NCBI GenBank assembly: GCA_963707955.1
Contig: OY970176.1
Coordinates: 384,001-448,000 of the forward strand
DNA from: Candidatus Bathyarchaeota archaeon
GTDB lineage: Archaea > Thermoproteota > Bathyarchaeia > Bathyarchaeales > Bathycorpusculaceae
Length of the DNA stretch: 64,000 nt
Direction of reading: 5' to 3'
Shown here: positions 40,228 through 49,854 of the stretch, piece after piece
Position numbering within the stretch: the first letter of the stretch is position 1
Layout of the letters: each line of letters opens with the position of its first letter
Translations under genes and position numbers: made by a program
The notes under the pieces: model-generated
What the model was told of the DNA's origin: nothing
What the model saw: the letters and a program-made list of their open reading frames with translations, nothing else
Database searches by the model: none

Positions 40228-42356
40228 AGTCTGTTAGAAAACGTGATGGAAAGTTAGAATCGTTTGACCAAGAACGTATAACAAGCGCCGTTTGGAAGGC
40301 GGCCAAAGCTGTCGGGGGAAAAGACCGCGAACTGGCGAGAGGACTTAGCGATCAGGTAATGGCCCAGCTGAGCCTACATTTTGGCGAAGACGGCGTTCCC
40401 ACGGTGGAAGAGATTCAGGATCTGGTTGAAAAAACACTCATAGAGAACGGCCATGCAAGAACGGCGAAGGCCTATATCCTGTACCGAAAACAGCATCAGG
40501 ACCAAAGAGAGCTCGCTGCACTCTTGAGCGATGCGGACCTCGTGGACCAGTACTTGGACATAGAGGACTGGCGTGTCCGAGAAAACTCCAACATGAGCTA
40601 TTCACTGCAGGGTCTGAACAACTATCTCTCATCAACTGTCATCGCGAAATACTGGATCAGCAGAATCTACCCCATCAACATCGCAGACGCTCACTTTTCC
40701 GGCGACATGCACATCCACGACCTCGGAGTGCTAGGCGCGTACTGCGTCGGCTGGGACCTAAGGGAACTGCTAACATCGGGGTTCGGAGGAGTTTCAGGAA
40801 AGATCGAGAGCAAGCCAGCCAAGCATTTTAGGACAGCACTAGGGCAGATTGTCAACTTCTTCTACACTCTTCAAGGCGAAGCCGCGGGAGCCCAGGCGTT
40901 CAGCACGTTCGACACGTATCTCGCGCCGTTCATTCGTCACGACGGCCTGAGTCAGAAAGAAGTTGAACAGGGATTGCAGGAATTCTTCTTCAACATGAAC
41001 GTGCCCACGCGTGTGGGTTTCCAGACGCCCTTCACAAACGTTACTTTGGACCTGACCGTTCCAGATTACATAAAGAATGAGTCTGTAATAATCGGCGGAG
41101 AACAGACTGATGCCACCTATGGAGACATGCAGACAGAAATGGACATGTTCAACGCTGCTTTTGCAGACATGATGAGCAAGGGCGACTCTAAGGCAAGAGT
41201 GTTCACTTTTCCGATACCAACGTACTGTGTCACAAAGGATTTCGACTGGGAATCCTCCATAGCTCAGAAAATCTTCGAGGTCACGGCTAAGTATGGAGTG
41301 CCTTACTTCTCCAATTTTATCAACACCGACATGAAGCCTGAGGACGTCCGAAGCATGTGTTGCCGACTCAGAATCGATAATCGCGAGCTGCGCAATCGGG
41401 GCGGCGGTTTCTTCGGTGCAAACCCGTTGACGGGGTCAATAGGCGTTGTAACTCTGAACCTGCCGAGGATCGGGTACTTGGCGAGGGACGAGGACGAATT
41501 CTCTGAACGGCTAGAAGCTCTAATGGAAGTTGCCAAAGACAGCTTGGAAATAAAGAGGAAAGTTCTGGAGACGTTCACCGAAAACGGACTTTACCCGTAT
41601 TCGAAGCGTTATCTTCAGAGCGTCAAAGCGGAACACGGCCACTACTGGCGAAACCACTTCTCAACCATCGGCATACTAGGCATGAACGAGGCGATTCTAA
41701 ACCTGTTCGGCGTGAGCATCGTTTCAGGCGATGGAACAGACTTTGCGATTAGGACGCTTAAATTCATGCGCAAGAGGCTTCTGGAATTTCAAGACGAAAC
41801 AGACAACATGTACAATCTTGAGGCCACTCCGGCTGAGGGAACCAGCTACAGGCTTGCAAGGATTGACAGAAAGAGGTACCCTGACATCATTGCTGCTAAT
41901 CAGAAAAACGTTGTGACGGGCGCAGAACCCTTCTACACCAATTCTTCGCAGTTGCCAGTTGATTTCGAGGGCGACCTGTTTGAAGCGTTGGAGCACCAAG
42001 ACAGACTGCAGACGCTTTACACTGGCGGCACAGTCTTCCACATCTTTCTGGGCGAACGGCTTCCTTCATGGAAGGCCTCGGCAGAACTCATCAAGAAAGC
42101 CGCTTGGAGTTCACATCTGCCTTATTTCACTCTGACACCGACGTTCAGCATATGTCCAAGCCACGGCTACGTAAAGGGTGAACACAAGCAATGCCCAAGT
42201 TGTGGAGCAAAGTGCGAAGTGTACTCAAGGGTTGTTGGGTACCTGAGGCCAGTGGACCAGTGGAACGATGGCAAACAAGCAGAATTTGCCATAAGAAAAA
42301 CCTTTGACAAGTCGGCAGTCACGGCAGCGGCCCCCGCCCAAGTGATAAGCCAATGA
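40224..42356 (+). CDS. nrdD: anaerobic (class III) ribonucleoside-triphosphate reductase
   Basis: ATP cone; HIHDL, TFPIPT, SMCCRL, EATPAE, glycyl-radical YSRVVGYLRP. Confidence 0.95.
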   Translation: MKSVRKRDGKLESFDQERITSAVWKAAKAVGGKDRELARGLSDQVMAQLSLHFGEDGVPTVEEIQDLVEKTLIENGHARTAKAYILYRKQHQDQRELAALLSDADLVDQYLDIEDWRVRENSNMSYSLQGLNNYLSSTVIAKYWISRIYPINIADAHFSGDMHIHDLGVLGAYCVGWDLRELLTSGFGGVSGKIESKPAKHFRTALGQIVNFFYTLQGEAAGAQAFSTFDTYLAPFIRHDGLSQKEVEQGLQEFFFNMNVPTRVGFQTPFTNVTLDLTVPDYIKNESVIIGGEQTDATYGDMQTEMDMFNAAFADMMSKGDSKARVFTFPIPTYCVTKDFDWESSIAQKIFEVTAKYGVPYFSNFINTDMKPEDVRSMCCRLRIDNRELRNRGGGFFGANPLTGSIGVVTLNLPRIGYLARDEDEFSERLEALMEVAKDSLEIKRKVLETFTENGLYPYSKRYLQSVKAEHGHYWRNHFSTIGILGMNEAILNLFGVSIVSGDGTDFAIRTLKFMRKRLLEFQDETDNMYNLEATPAEGTSYRLARIDRKRYPDIIAANQKNVVTGAEPFYTNSSQLPVDFEGDLFEALEHQDRLQTLYTGGTVFHIFLGERLPSWKASAELIKKAAWSSHLPYFTLTPTFSICPSHGYVKGEHKQCPSCGAKCEVYSRVVGYLRPVDQWNDGKQAEFAIRKTFDKSAVTAAAPAQVISQ

Positions 42357-43029
42357 AGTTCAGCGGGATTCAAAAAACAAGTCTAACGGATTTTCCGGGC
42401 AGAATATGCTCTGTGCTTTTCACACCTGGCTGCAACCTGCGTTGTCCCTTCTGCCACAACTGGCGCATAGTGATCAACCCCCAACCGCCCTTTCTCAACG
42501 AGGAAACGGTTCTGAAAATTCTTGAAGAACGCAAAAAATACGTTGACGCAGTCGTGGTCACCGGCGGAGAACCGACGATCCACAAAGAACTACCCAGGTT
42601 CTTGAAGAAGCTGAAAGACAGAGGGTTTGCAGTGAAATTGGACACCAACGGATTGGACTCTCACATGCTGGAAGAGTGCTTGCAGAGCGTGGACTACGTA
42701 GCGTTGGATGTGAAAACGAGCTTGGAGAAATACGAGTTGCTGGGAGCCCGAGACACGGCTGAACTTGTGCGCACAGTGGACATCTTGAAGATGGGCAAAG
42801 TCGAGTACGAGTTCAGAACAACGGTCGTGCCGGGTTCTTTGAACCTGCAGACGTGTGCGCTATGAGTAGCCTTGTCAACGGCGCAAGAGCATGGGCATTA
42901 CAGCAATTTGTGCCAGGAGACACGCTTGACAAGAGCCTCAACGCACTGAAACCGTACACTCCAGAAACAATGTCTAAGTATGCTGAAACCATCAGAAACT
43001 GTGCTGAGGAAATAATTCTTCGGACCTAG
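42353..43029 (+). CDS. nrdG: NrdD-activating radical SAM enzyme; frameshift near 42836
   Basis: GCNLRCPFCHN, TGGEP, KLDTNG, YEFRTT; alternative frame continues ..ALQQFVPG.. to TAG at 43029. Confidence 0.88.
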
Positions 43030-43150
43030 TTATCGAAGGCTTGCCAGGTTTCACTATTAGACATAAACAACATTTCATTGGTATCAAGCGTAAGGTTTAA
43101 GGGTTAACGGGTTGTTTAGGTTTCGAATGTTCTGTAACGAGGCTTAAGTT

Positions 43151-43702
43151 TTGAGCAAGAAAGTCGTGACTCTTGAAGAGCGCAAGGCCGAGGTCTTGAT
43201 CAAGCTCAGAGGATACAAACTCCTCAAGAAACAGAAACGCGAAGATGCTGTTGAATACTTGGTTGAGATTCCAAGGGACAAGCAGAAGGCCGTCGTTTGG
43301 TGCGTCCCAGGTGAGACCACCGTAGGCATAAACAGCATAAACCGTCTTGCGAAAGCCATGAAAGACGCTGACATGGAAAGTGGAATAATAGTCACTGACG
43401 GAAGATACACGCACGCCGTTAAGCAGGGTGCTAGGAAAAAGAAAATTGAGCTCCTGCCCAAGACATTCCCCGCCTTCGACCTTTTTCAACACAGGCTTGT
43501 TCCGAAGCATGAAATTCTGACTGAGGAAGAGAAAACGGAGCTCCTGTTGAAGTACAGGGTGCACCCGTACCAGCTACCTCAGATAAGCTCGCTGGACCCA
43601 ACCGTCAAGGCGATAGGAGCCAAGCCGGGAGACATACTGCGGATAATAAGAAAAAGCCCGACAGCCGGCGAGCACCTAGCGTTCAGATACGTTGTAGAAT
43701 AG
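43151..43702 (+). CDS. rpoH: RNA polymerase subunit Rpo5/RpoH with ~110-aa N-terminal extra domain
   Basis: C-terminal HRLVPKHEIL..QLPQI..DP..GAKPGDILRIIRKSPTAG..FRYVV. Confidence 0.85.
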   Translation: MSKKVVTLEERKAEVLIKLRGYKLLKKQKREDAVEYLVEIPRDKQKAVVWCVPGETTVGINSINRLAKAMKDADMESGIIVTDGRYTHAVKQGARKKKIELLPKTFPAFDLFQHRLVPKHEILTEEEKTELLLKYRVHPYQLPQISSLDPTVKAIGAKPGDILRIIRKSPTAGEHLAFRYVVE

Positions 43703-43703
43703 C

Positions 43704-43780
43704 CTATTTAGGCATCATGACCTCTGTTGCCTTCACAACGGCCTCAACTTGGTCCCCAGCGTTTATATGCAAGTCTTCTT
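43704..43780 (-). pseudogene. TOBE/Mop-domain remnant
   Basis: EDLHINAGDQVEAVVKATEVMMPK*. Confidence 0.5.
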
Positions 43781-44155
43781 GGCGCTCAAGGCCTAAAGCG
43801 TCCACGTAGTCTCGAGATCCAGACAGATTGCCTCAACTAACGAGGATATCTTGAGGTTAGCCACCTTCTAAGGTGCAACGGCTCGCAGAATAATTGTGGG
43901 CGCGCTGGTCGGGTTCACGTAAGGAACCAGTCCTCTTTCAATCTCGAAGAACAGTTGGGGGCTCTCTTTCATCGCCTTCACCAACTCCGGATTCCCGTTC
44001 AGAAGCAGGTTCATGAGCAAGTCGTCGCCCATCACTTGCACCTTTTTGAAAACACTTCTTAGTGCGCGCTAGAGCCGACATATTGAGGGGCATATCTGCT
44101 CTTGTCCTTGATACTGACTTTACGTTACTCCACCTACAGAGGGATCGGCCCTGAG

Positions 44156-44380
44156 CTAGGGCTGGGCTTTCCTTTCGCTCGCCAGTTCGCACAGAATCAC
44201 TAAGGCCTCGCCGAACGATATGTTCAGTCTCGCAGCCAGTTCTGCGGGGAATATCTCGGGTTTTTCGGGAAGAACACTGTCCCTTATGAAGGCCTTATGG
44301 TGCGGGTACATGACTAAGGCGTGGACCGTTTCAACCAATACAGGCCAGAGTTTCTCTCTCGTGTATTCTTCGAAGTTCAT
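44156..44380 (-). CDS. small hypothetical protein (possible HTH)
   Basis: 74-aa ORF; PAELAARLNISFGEAL. Confidence 0.6.
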   Translation of the reverse strand: MNFEEYTREKLWPVLVETVHALVMYPHHKAFIRDSVLPEKPEIFPAELAARLNISFGEALVILCELASERKAQP

Positions 44381-44422
44381 GCTGGATCAATGTCTTACAG
44401 TGTTGAAGGTTAAATATTGAAT

Positions 44423-44980
44423 TTACCTTCGGTCACCTCGAGCACGCACACGTTCTTGTTCCAGGATAGCGTACAGCAAAGAGTCTCGCCATTTTCCTTT
44501 TGCCCACATGTGCTCTCGGATGCGACCCTCGCGTTTCATGCCAATCTTCTCCAGAACGTGTGCAGACGCGGTGTTTGCTGGGTCGCAGGTGGCGAATATT
44601 CTGTGCAAGCTCAGCTTATCAAACCCGAAATCAACGAGTGCGTTTGCCGTCTCGGTGGCGTATCCTTTTCCCCAGAAATAGCATTTGAGGCAATAACCGA
44701 TCCATCCTTCCCGGTTGTCGACGTTTGAAACACAGATCGAGCAGCCCCCGATGAGCTCGTTTTCGTTTCTTACGACTATTGCGACCGTGTAGTTTCTGCG
44801 GGGTTTCTCGTTTTGGCCTGCGAGCGCTCGCTGGATAAAGCCTTTCGTTTCTTCCTCTGTGTTGGGCCCCCAATTCATGTATCGAACGACCTCTGGGTCG
44901 GAAGCGTAGCAATGAACAGATTGCCAATCGGCTTCCATCAGATCTCGCAACAACAGTCGCTCAGTTCTAGTGACTTCCAC
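44423..44980 (-). CDS. GNAT N-acetyltransferase (RimJ/RimL)
   Basis: TERLLLR, WGKGYATE, NTASAHVLEKIGMKREG. Confidence 0.92.
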   Translation of the reverse strand: MEVTRTERLLLRDLMEADWQSVHCYASDPEVVRYMNWGPNTEEETKGFIQRALAGQNEKPRRNYTVAIVVRNENELIGGCSICVSNVDNREGWIGYCLKCYFWGKGYATETANALVDFGFDKLSLHRIFATCDPANTASAHVLEKIGMKREGRIREHMWAKGKWRDSLLYAILEQERVRARGDRR

Positions 44981-45292
44981 AGTTTTGCCCCGCGAGGACT
45001 CATCTTTATGCGATTTGGGTCCAACTTAAAAGGTTTGTATCAAGGACCTGACTGCGATGCGTACGCTGCTTGACGACTTCATGAACGGCATGCAAAGGAG
45101 AACCTTCCCGCGTCATCTGCCCAACATGAAACCCATGTTTCTCTAAAAGAAGTTCGCTCTCTTTGGCTCATGTCGAGCCTAGAGACCCAAGCTTTCGCTT
45201 TTAGAGCTTGTTGTTCTGGTCTTACCGCAAAGTATATCTCTGCTCAAGCGTGATTAGAGCCTTCAAAATCCATCATGAAGGGTTGAGAGCTG

Positions 45293-46021
45293 ATGGCTGT
45301 CAAAGCTGTGGTCTTCGATTTGGACGGCACGATTGCAAGCTTCAACTTGGACTACGTGACTGTGAGGGCAGACGTCAGGAGTTATCTCATCAGAGTCGGG
45401 CTACCGGGCTCGATACTGTCGACTAACCAAAGCATATTTGACATGCTGAAGATGGCCGAGATTTTTTTGAAGAACACCGGCAAATCCGATAGGGCTGTGG
45501 GAAAAGTCAGGAACGAAGCCTTGGCCATAGCTGAAAAATATGAGCTGGAAGCCGCGAAGACCACTGGCCTGCTTTCAGGCGCTGTTGAGACGCTGGAAGC
45601 ATTGAAGAAGATGGGCTTGAAAATCGGCCTGTGCACTATTAACAGCGAGAAATCGACAAACCACATCTTGAAACGGTTTGGTATATCTGCGTTGTTCGAT
45701 GCTGTCACGCCTAGAAACAAGGTCAAGTACGTTAAACCCAGCCCCGAGCATTTGAAAGCTACTTTGAAAGCTTTGCACGTAAACCCAAAAGAAGCGATCC
45801 TGATTGGAGACGGAACCCGTGACATGCAGTGTGCAAGGGAATTGAACGTCATCGCCGTAGGCTTGCCGACCGGCGTGTCGTCTGAAAAAGAGCTGATCGC
45901 TTCCGGAGCGAGCTACTTCATCGCTTCAATCAGGGATCTACCGAGGCTAGTGGAGACGATAAACAAATCATCAAGGTCCAGAAGAAAGGTTACAAACAAG
46001 AATTCTGGGAGTGCGGCTTAG
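45293..46021 (+). CDS. HAD-superfamily phosphatase
   Basis: FDLDGT, KPSP, IGDGTRD. Confidence 0.92.
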   Translation: MAVKAVVFDLDGTIASFNLDYVTVRADVRSYLIRVGLPGSILSTNQSIFDMLKMAEIFLKNTGKSDRAVGKVRNEALAIAEKYELEAAKTTGLLSGAVETLEALKKMGLKIGLCTINSEKSTNHILKRFGISALFDAVTPRNKVKYVKPSPEHLKATLKALHVNPKEAILIGDGTRDMQCARELNVIAVGLPTGVSSEKELIASGASYFIASIRDLPRLVETINKSSRSRRKVTNKNSGSAA

Positions 46022-46022
46022 A

Positions 46023-46142
46023 TTAGAAGCTCGCGACTCCTTTTCTCTCGCTAAAATCGTACCATTTCCAAATTTCATCAACTGTCCTTTCGGAGTATCC
46101 GTTCCGCTTCAGCAACGATCTCAAAGATGAGGGAGACTTCAT
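46023..46142 (-). CDS. 39-aa microprotein (not in ORF track)
   Basis: MKSPSSLRSLLKRNGYSERTVDEIWKWYDFSERKGVASF*; convergent with the HAD gene. Confidence 0.5.
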   Translation of the reverse strand: MKSPSSLRSLLKRNGYSERTVDEIWKWYDFSERKGVASF

Positions 46143-46821
46143 TCGTTGGGGCCACCAAAACAAGTTTGAAATGCGTGTTCAAAGGAAATTAAACATTCTG
46201 TATTCTAGATTCTGTTCCTGTAGACATGTACAGCAGATCTACAGGAGCACTTGGAACTGCCTGACCGTTGCCAATCCCGTCTGTTTCCTCTGTTATTAAC
46301 ATTTTTCGGCTGCATCTGCCAACCTGGATGTTTGATCTTTGTCTCGCGTCTTGCCTAGATGAGTAAAACATTGCTCGTTTCGTTTTTCCTCGTTTAACAA
46401 ACCCTACGCCTTCCCTAATCAGTTTTCAGCACACATGACTATCCTGGAGTACTTTCGCAGAGGCCTATGCGGAACTTGGCATGTCCTGGCCAGTAACGCA
46501 AGACTTTCCTCAAGATAGATGCCATCCGGGCCGATGCGTGGGCGCGCTTTTGCTTTTCTGATTCTGTTTTCTTTTTGAGGTTCGAACGACTTATCTAGGC
46601 TTTTCAGCGCGCTAGCGCGTTTCTAAATTCTTTCGGAAAGCAGCTTGCGCTACTCATTCTGCTCTCTTCAATCATATTTGGATCATATAGGATACCCGGG
46701 GAGGAGGGTGTGAGCACGAAAGCATCCAGCCGAACCGTGACAGTAACCATCGAAAAACGTCATGCCTTCCCCTTGAATGAACCTAGAAATTCAGGAACAA
46801 ACATGCGCGCAATATCCAGCG

Positions 46822-47382
46822 CTAGGTGGAGTGGAATTCTTCCTTGTACAGTTGATAGGCCGAAAGTATTAGTTTTTCCGCAGCCTTAGCGTCGCCCCAT
46901 TCTTTGATCTTGACCCACTTCTTCGGTTCAAGCCTCTTGTAGTTCACGAAGAAATCTGCGATTTCTGCCTTCAAGTGTTTTGCAACGTCGTCTATGTCCT
47001 GGATCTCCTCGAACCTCGGGTCGTTCACCGGCACTCCGAGGATCTTGTCATCCTGTCCGTTTTCATCTTCTGTGGTCAGGACACCTATGGGGCGCGCGGT
47101 GATCACGCAGCCCGTGAACGTGGGCTTTGTAGTCAACACCAGAATGTCCAGGGGTTCCCCGTCTAATGACCATGACCGCGGGATTATGCCGTAATCACCT
47201 AGGTAGTAAAGGGCGGAATACAGCACTCGGTCAAGCTTAAAGAACCCAACCTCGCAGTCAAACTTGTACTTGTTCGTACTTCCACTGGGTACTTCAACAA
47301 TCGCGTAGACCTTATGCGGAGGATCTGGACCGCACGGAATGTCTCGCCATAAATTGACCATTTCAACACCCTTCAGTTTCAC
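46822..47382 (-). CDS. ppa: family I inorganic pyrophosphatase
   Basis: EVPSGSTNKY, LDRVLY, DYG, DGEPLD, DDKIL, FFVNYKRLE; start likely the ATG at 47361. Confidence 0.92.
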   Translation of the reverse strand: MKLKGVEMVNLWRDIPCGPDPPHKVYAIVEVPSGSTNKYKFDCEVGFFKLDRVLYSALYYLGDYGIIPRSWSLDGEPLDILVLTTKPTFTGCVITARPIGVLTTEDENGQDDKILGVPVNDPRFEEIQDIDDVAKHLKAEIADFFVNYKRLEPKKWVKIKEWGDAKAAEKLILSAYQLYKEEFHST

Positions 47383-47654
47383 TTAGCTATTTTCGGTTCA
47401 CACATTTAAACGTAACATCAGCCGGAACCCAACAGGTTCTGATGAATACGACCCTTTCGATCGGCACATATCGGTTTTCGACATATTACCATTTTCGCAA
47501 TTGCCTACATGCATCGGTATAGCTCTGAATGGTTGCTACGATGCGGTACAATAAGCGACAAGCATCCGAGAAAGAAGTTGTTACAACTGCTTGACGCATC
47601 ATGCTAAGCGCGCGCTAAGAGAGGGCCAAGAATCAGGTACGAGAACCCCGACAG

Positions 47655-47987
47655 TTGGGCTTGTCAGAAGTTACTTTGGAGCTGCCTGGCCTTTCTTCTT
47701 CTGTTCAAAAAACCCTTCTGGCGAGGATATTTTTATTTAGGACCGTGCATTTTAGGACGGCACGCAATGGCTTTAAAGAGTGGGTGGACGAAATATCCGT
47801 AAGAATGTCTAATAGCTTGAGTGCAGTTGCTCTCGTACTCATGGTCTTAGGCACGTACGTGCTTGTGTTCTCAAGCATTTCGTTGCTGTATAAGGTAGTC
47901 ATTATTGTCTACATTTTTGTTTTGCTTTTCCTGTTCTCATTAGCGTTGCTGAGCTTAGAGACGATGGAAAAACCCAGTGCTGAGTAG
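47655..47987 (+). CDS. possible small two-TM protein (start uncertain, probably downstream)
   Basis: two hydrophobic helices in the C-terminal half. Confidence 0.35.
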   Translation: MGLSEVTLELPGLSSSVQKTLLARIFLFRTVHFRTARNGFKEWVDEISVRMSNSLSAVALVLMVLGTYVLVFSSISLLYKVVIIVYIFVLLFLFSLALLSLETMEKPSAE

Positions 47988-48122
47988 AGAACTTAATCAC
48001 GAAAGCCTTCACTGGGCGTGGAACTTTGTCTAGCGCATCATGCAGTCGCTTGAAACGTATTCCGTAACTCAAGCGATCTCAGGCCTATATGCAATCATAA
48101 AGGCAGCCTGCTGCTCAGGAAG

Positions 48123-48524
48123 TCACGCAGGTTTGAAGTAGTATCTAGGCCATTGAGGCCAAGGCTGCACAGCCGCGCAGGTTCCGAAGTCTACCGCCAA
48201 GTCCATTCCTACTTTTACTTGTTCCAGCGGTACTCCTCGGATCATCCCGGGAAGTTTCAGACCGTTTTCGAGTTTGACAATGCCTATGGCGTACGGGGCC
48301 ATTGATTGGAACTGCGCTGAGGTGATGTGGATGACCGTGTAGGTTAGCAGTTTTCCTTTCGTCGGAATCTCGGTCCAGTCAAACTCTTTTGAGTAGCAAT
48401 TGTCGCAGATCGGCCTGGGCGGGAGGTGCACCTTTGCACATTTTCTGCATTTTCCGCCTAGCAGCTTTCCCTGGTTGATGTTCCTGTAGAACTGTTCTAT
48501 CGTAAAAGGTGCTTGTTCAACCAT
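48123..48524 (-). CDS. DUF35 Zn-ribbon/OB-fold protein
   Basis: KCRKC..PPRPICDNC, LLTYTVIH, APYAIGIV; follows a thiolase gene. Confidence 0.9.
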   Translation of the reverse strand: MVEQAPFTIEQFYRNINQGKLLGGKCRKCAKVHLPPRPICDNCYSKEFDWTEIPTKGKLLTYTVIHITSAQFQSMAPYAIGIVKLENGLKLPGMIRGVPLEQVKVGMDLAVDFGTCAAVQPWPQWPRYYFKPA

Positions 48525-48526
48525 TT

Positions 48527-49700
48527 CTATGTCCCCCTGTAAATGTGAACCGTGGCAGTCGCGCCTGAGCCGCCTACGTTGTGCGTGAGTCCTATCTCTG
48601 CATCCTTGACTTGGCGTTTTTCGGCGCGGCCTGTCAGTTGCAGATAGATTTCGTAGGCTTGGCCTGTTCCGGTTGCGCCAACGGGATGCCCTTTGGCCTT
48701 TAGACCTCCGCTGGTGTTGATGGGAATTCTTCCTCCGAGCCTTGTCTCGCCGCTCTCAACCAGTTTTCCGCCTTCCCCTGCCTTGCAAAACCCCAAGTCC
48801 TCGTAGGCTATTATTTCTGCTATGGTGAAACAGTCGTGGACTTCTGCAACGTCAACGTCTTCCGGTTTCACCGCGGCCATTTCACATGCTTTCTTGGCGG
48901 CGACCTTTGCGGCTTCAAGTGAAGTCAGACTAGTCCTCTCGTATAGGCCAATGGTGTCACTGGCTTGACCGCTTCCAACGATCTGCACAGGGGTGTCCGT
49001 GAATTTCTTAGCCAGTTCAGGTTTGGTAAGAATCAGGCAGCTCGCACCGTCAGTGATGAGCGAACAATCATACAGTTTGAGGGGCCATGCGACCATGCGT
49101 GAAGCGAGAGCGGTTTCAAGCGTTATTTCCTTCTGCATGTGCGCCTTCGGGTTTAGACTTCCGTGATAGTGATTTTTGACTCCGACCATGGCTAACTGTC
49201 GCTCTGTCGTTCCATAAGCATTCATGTGAGCGGTGGCCATCAACGCGTACAGCCCTGGAAAAGTTATGCCATGCCACTGCTCGAAGGGATAATCAGAAGC
49301 CATGGCAAGATACTCAGTCACTTCCGCCGTCGTCCTATGTGTCATTTTCTCGACGCCGCCGACCATAACAACATCGCTCAAGCCTGAGCGCACTGCGCAG
49401 ATCGCAGCCCTGAGAGCAACACCGGAAGAGGCACAGGCAGCCTCAGTTCTTGTGGCAGCAACGTGTCCAAGACCAATCCAGTCAGCGATTGTTGGAGCCG
49501 TGTGACCCTGATGCTCGAAAGATTCTCCCATGTGACCAACAAACAGGGCCTGAATGTCCTTCTTAGGGTCCAGACCTTGGACAGTTGTCAAAGGCTTCCT
49601 TCGCTGCGTCCGCAAAGATCTCCCTGGCGTACAAACCTTCGAGTTTTCCAAACTTCGACAAACCAGCAGAGACTATTGAGACAAGAGGTTCCCCGTTCAA
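48527..49700 (-). CDS. acetyl-CoA acetyltransferase (thiolase); frameshift near 49575
   Basis: EAACASS, GVEKM, DGA, EVHDCF, NTSGGLKAKGHPVGATG; N-terminus is in the adjacent frame (TTG at 49700). Confidence 0.9.
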
Positions 49701-49854
49701 ATGAGTTTCTCCCTCCGAAATGCCACTGCGCGGAGAAAATGAGTTACTGAATGAACGACTATTTAAGTTTCGTTGGCTGGTTCTGCAGTTCACACGAAAG
49801 AAAAATGGCGGAAATTCTTGAAAAGGGGTTAAGTTAAGCTTGGATCGGCTCTCA

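Larger units (their letters stand above)
18..47618. repeat. dispersed palindrome (T)AGCGCGCGCT(A), 24 copies of 8 nt or more alternating CG plus shorter ones
   Basis: runs begin near 18, 107, 2081, 2203, 7975, 9357, 9504, 9677, 9946, 10575, 11194, 12203, 14065, 15533, 15692, 16695, 16883, 20058, 22558, 23140, 25370, 26734, 38304, 47608. Confidence 0.9.
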
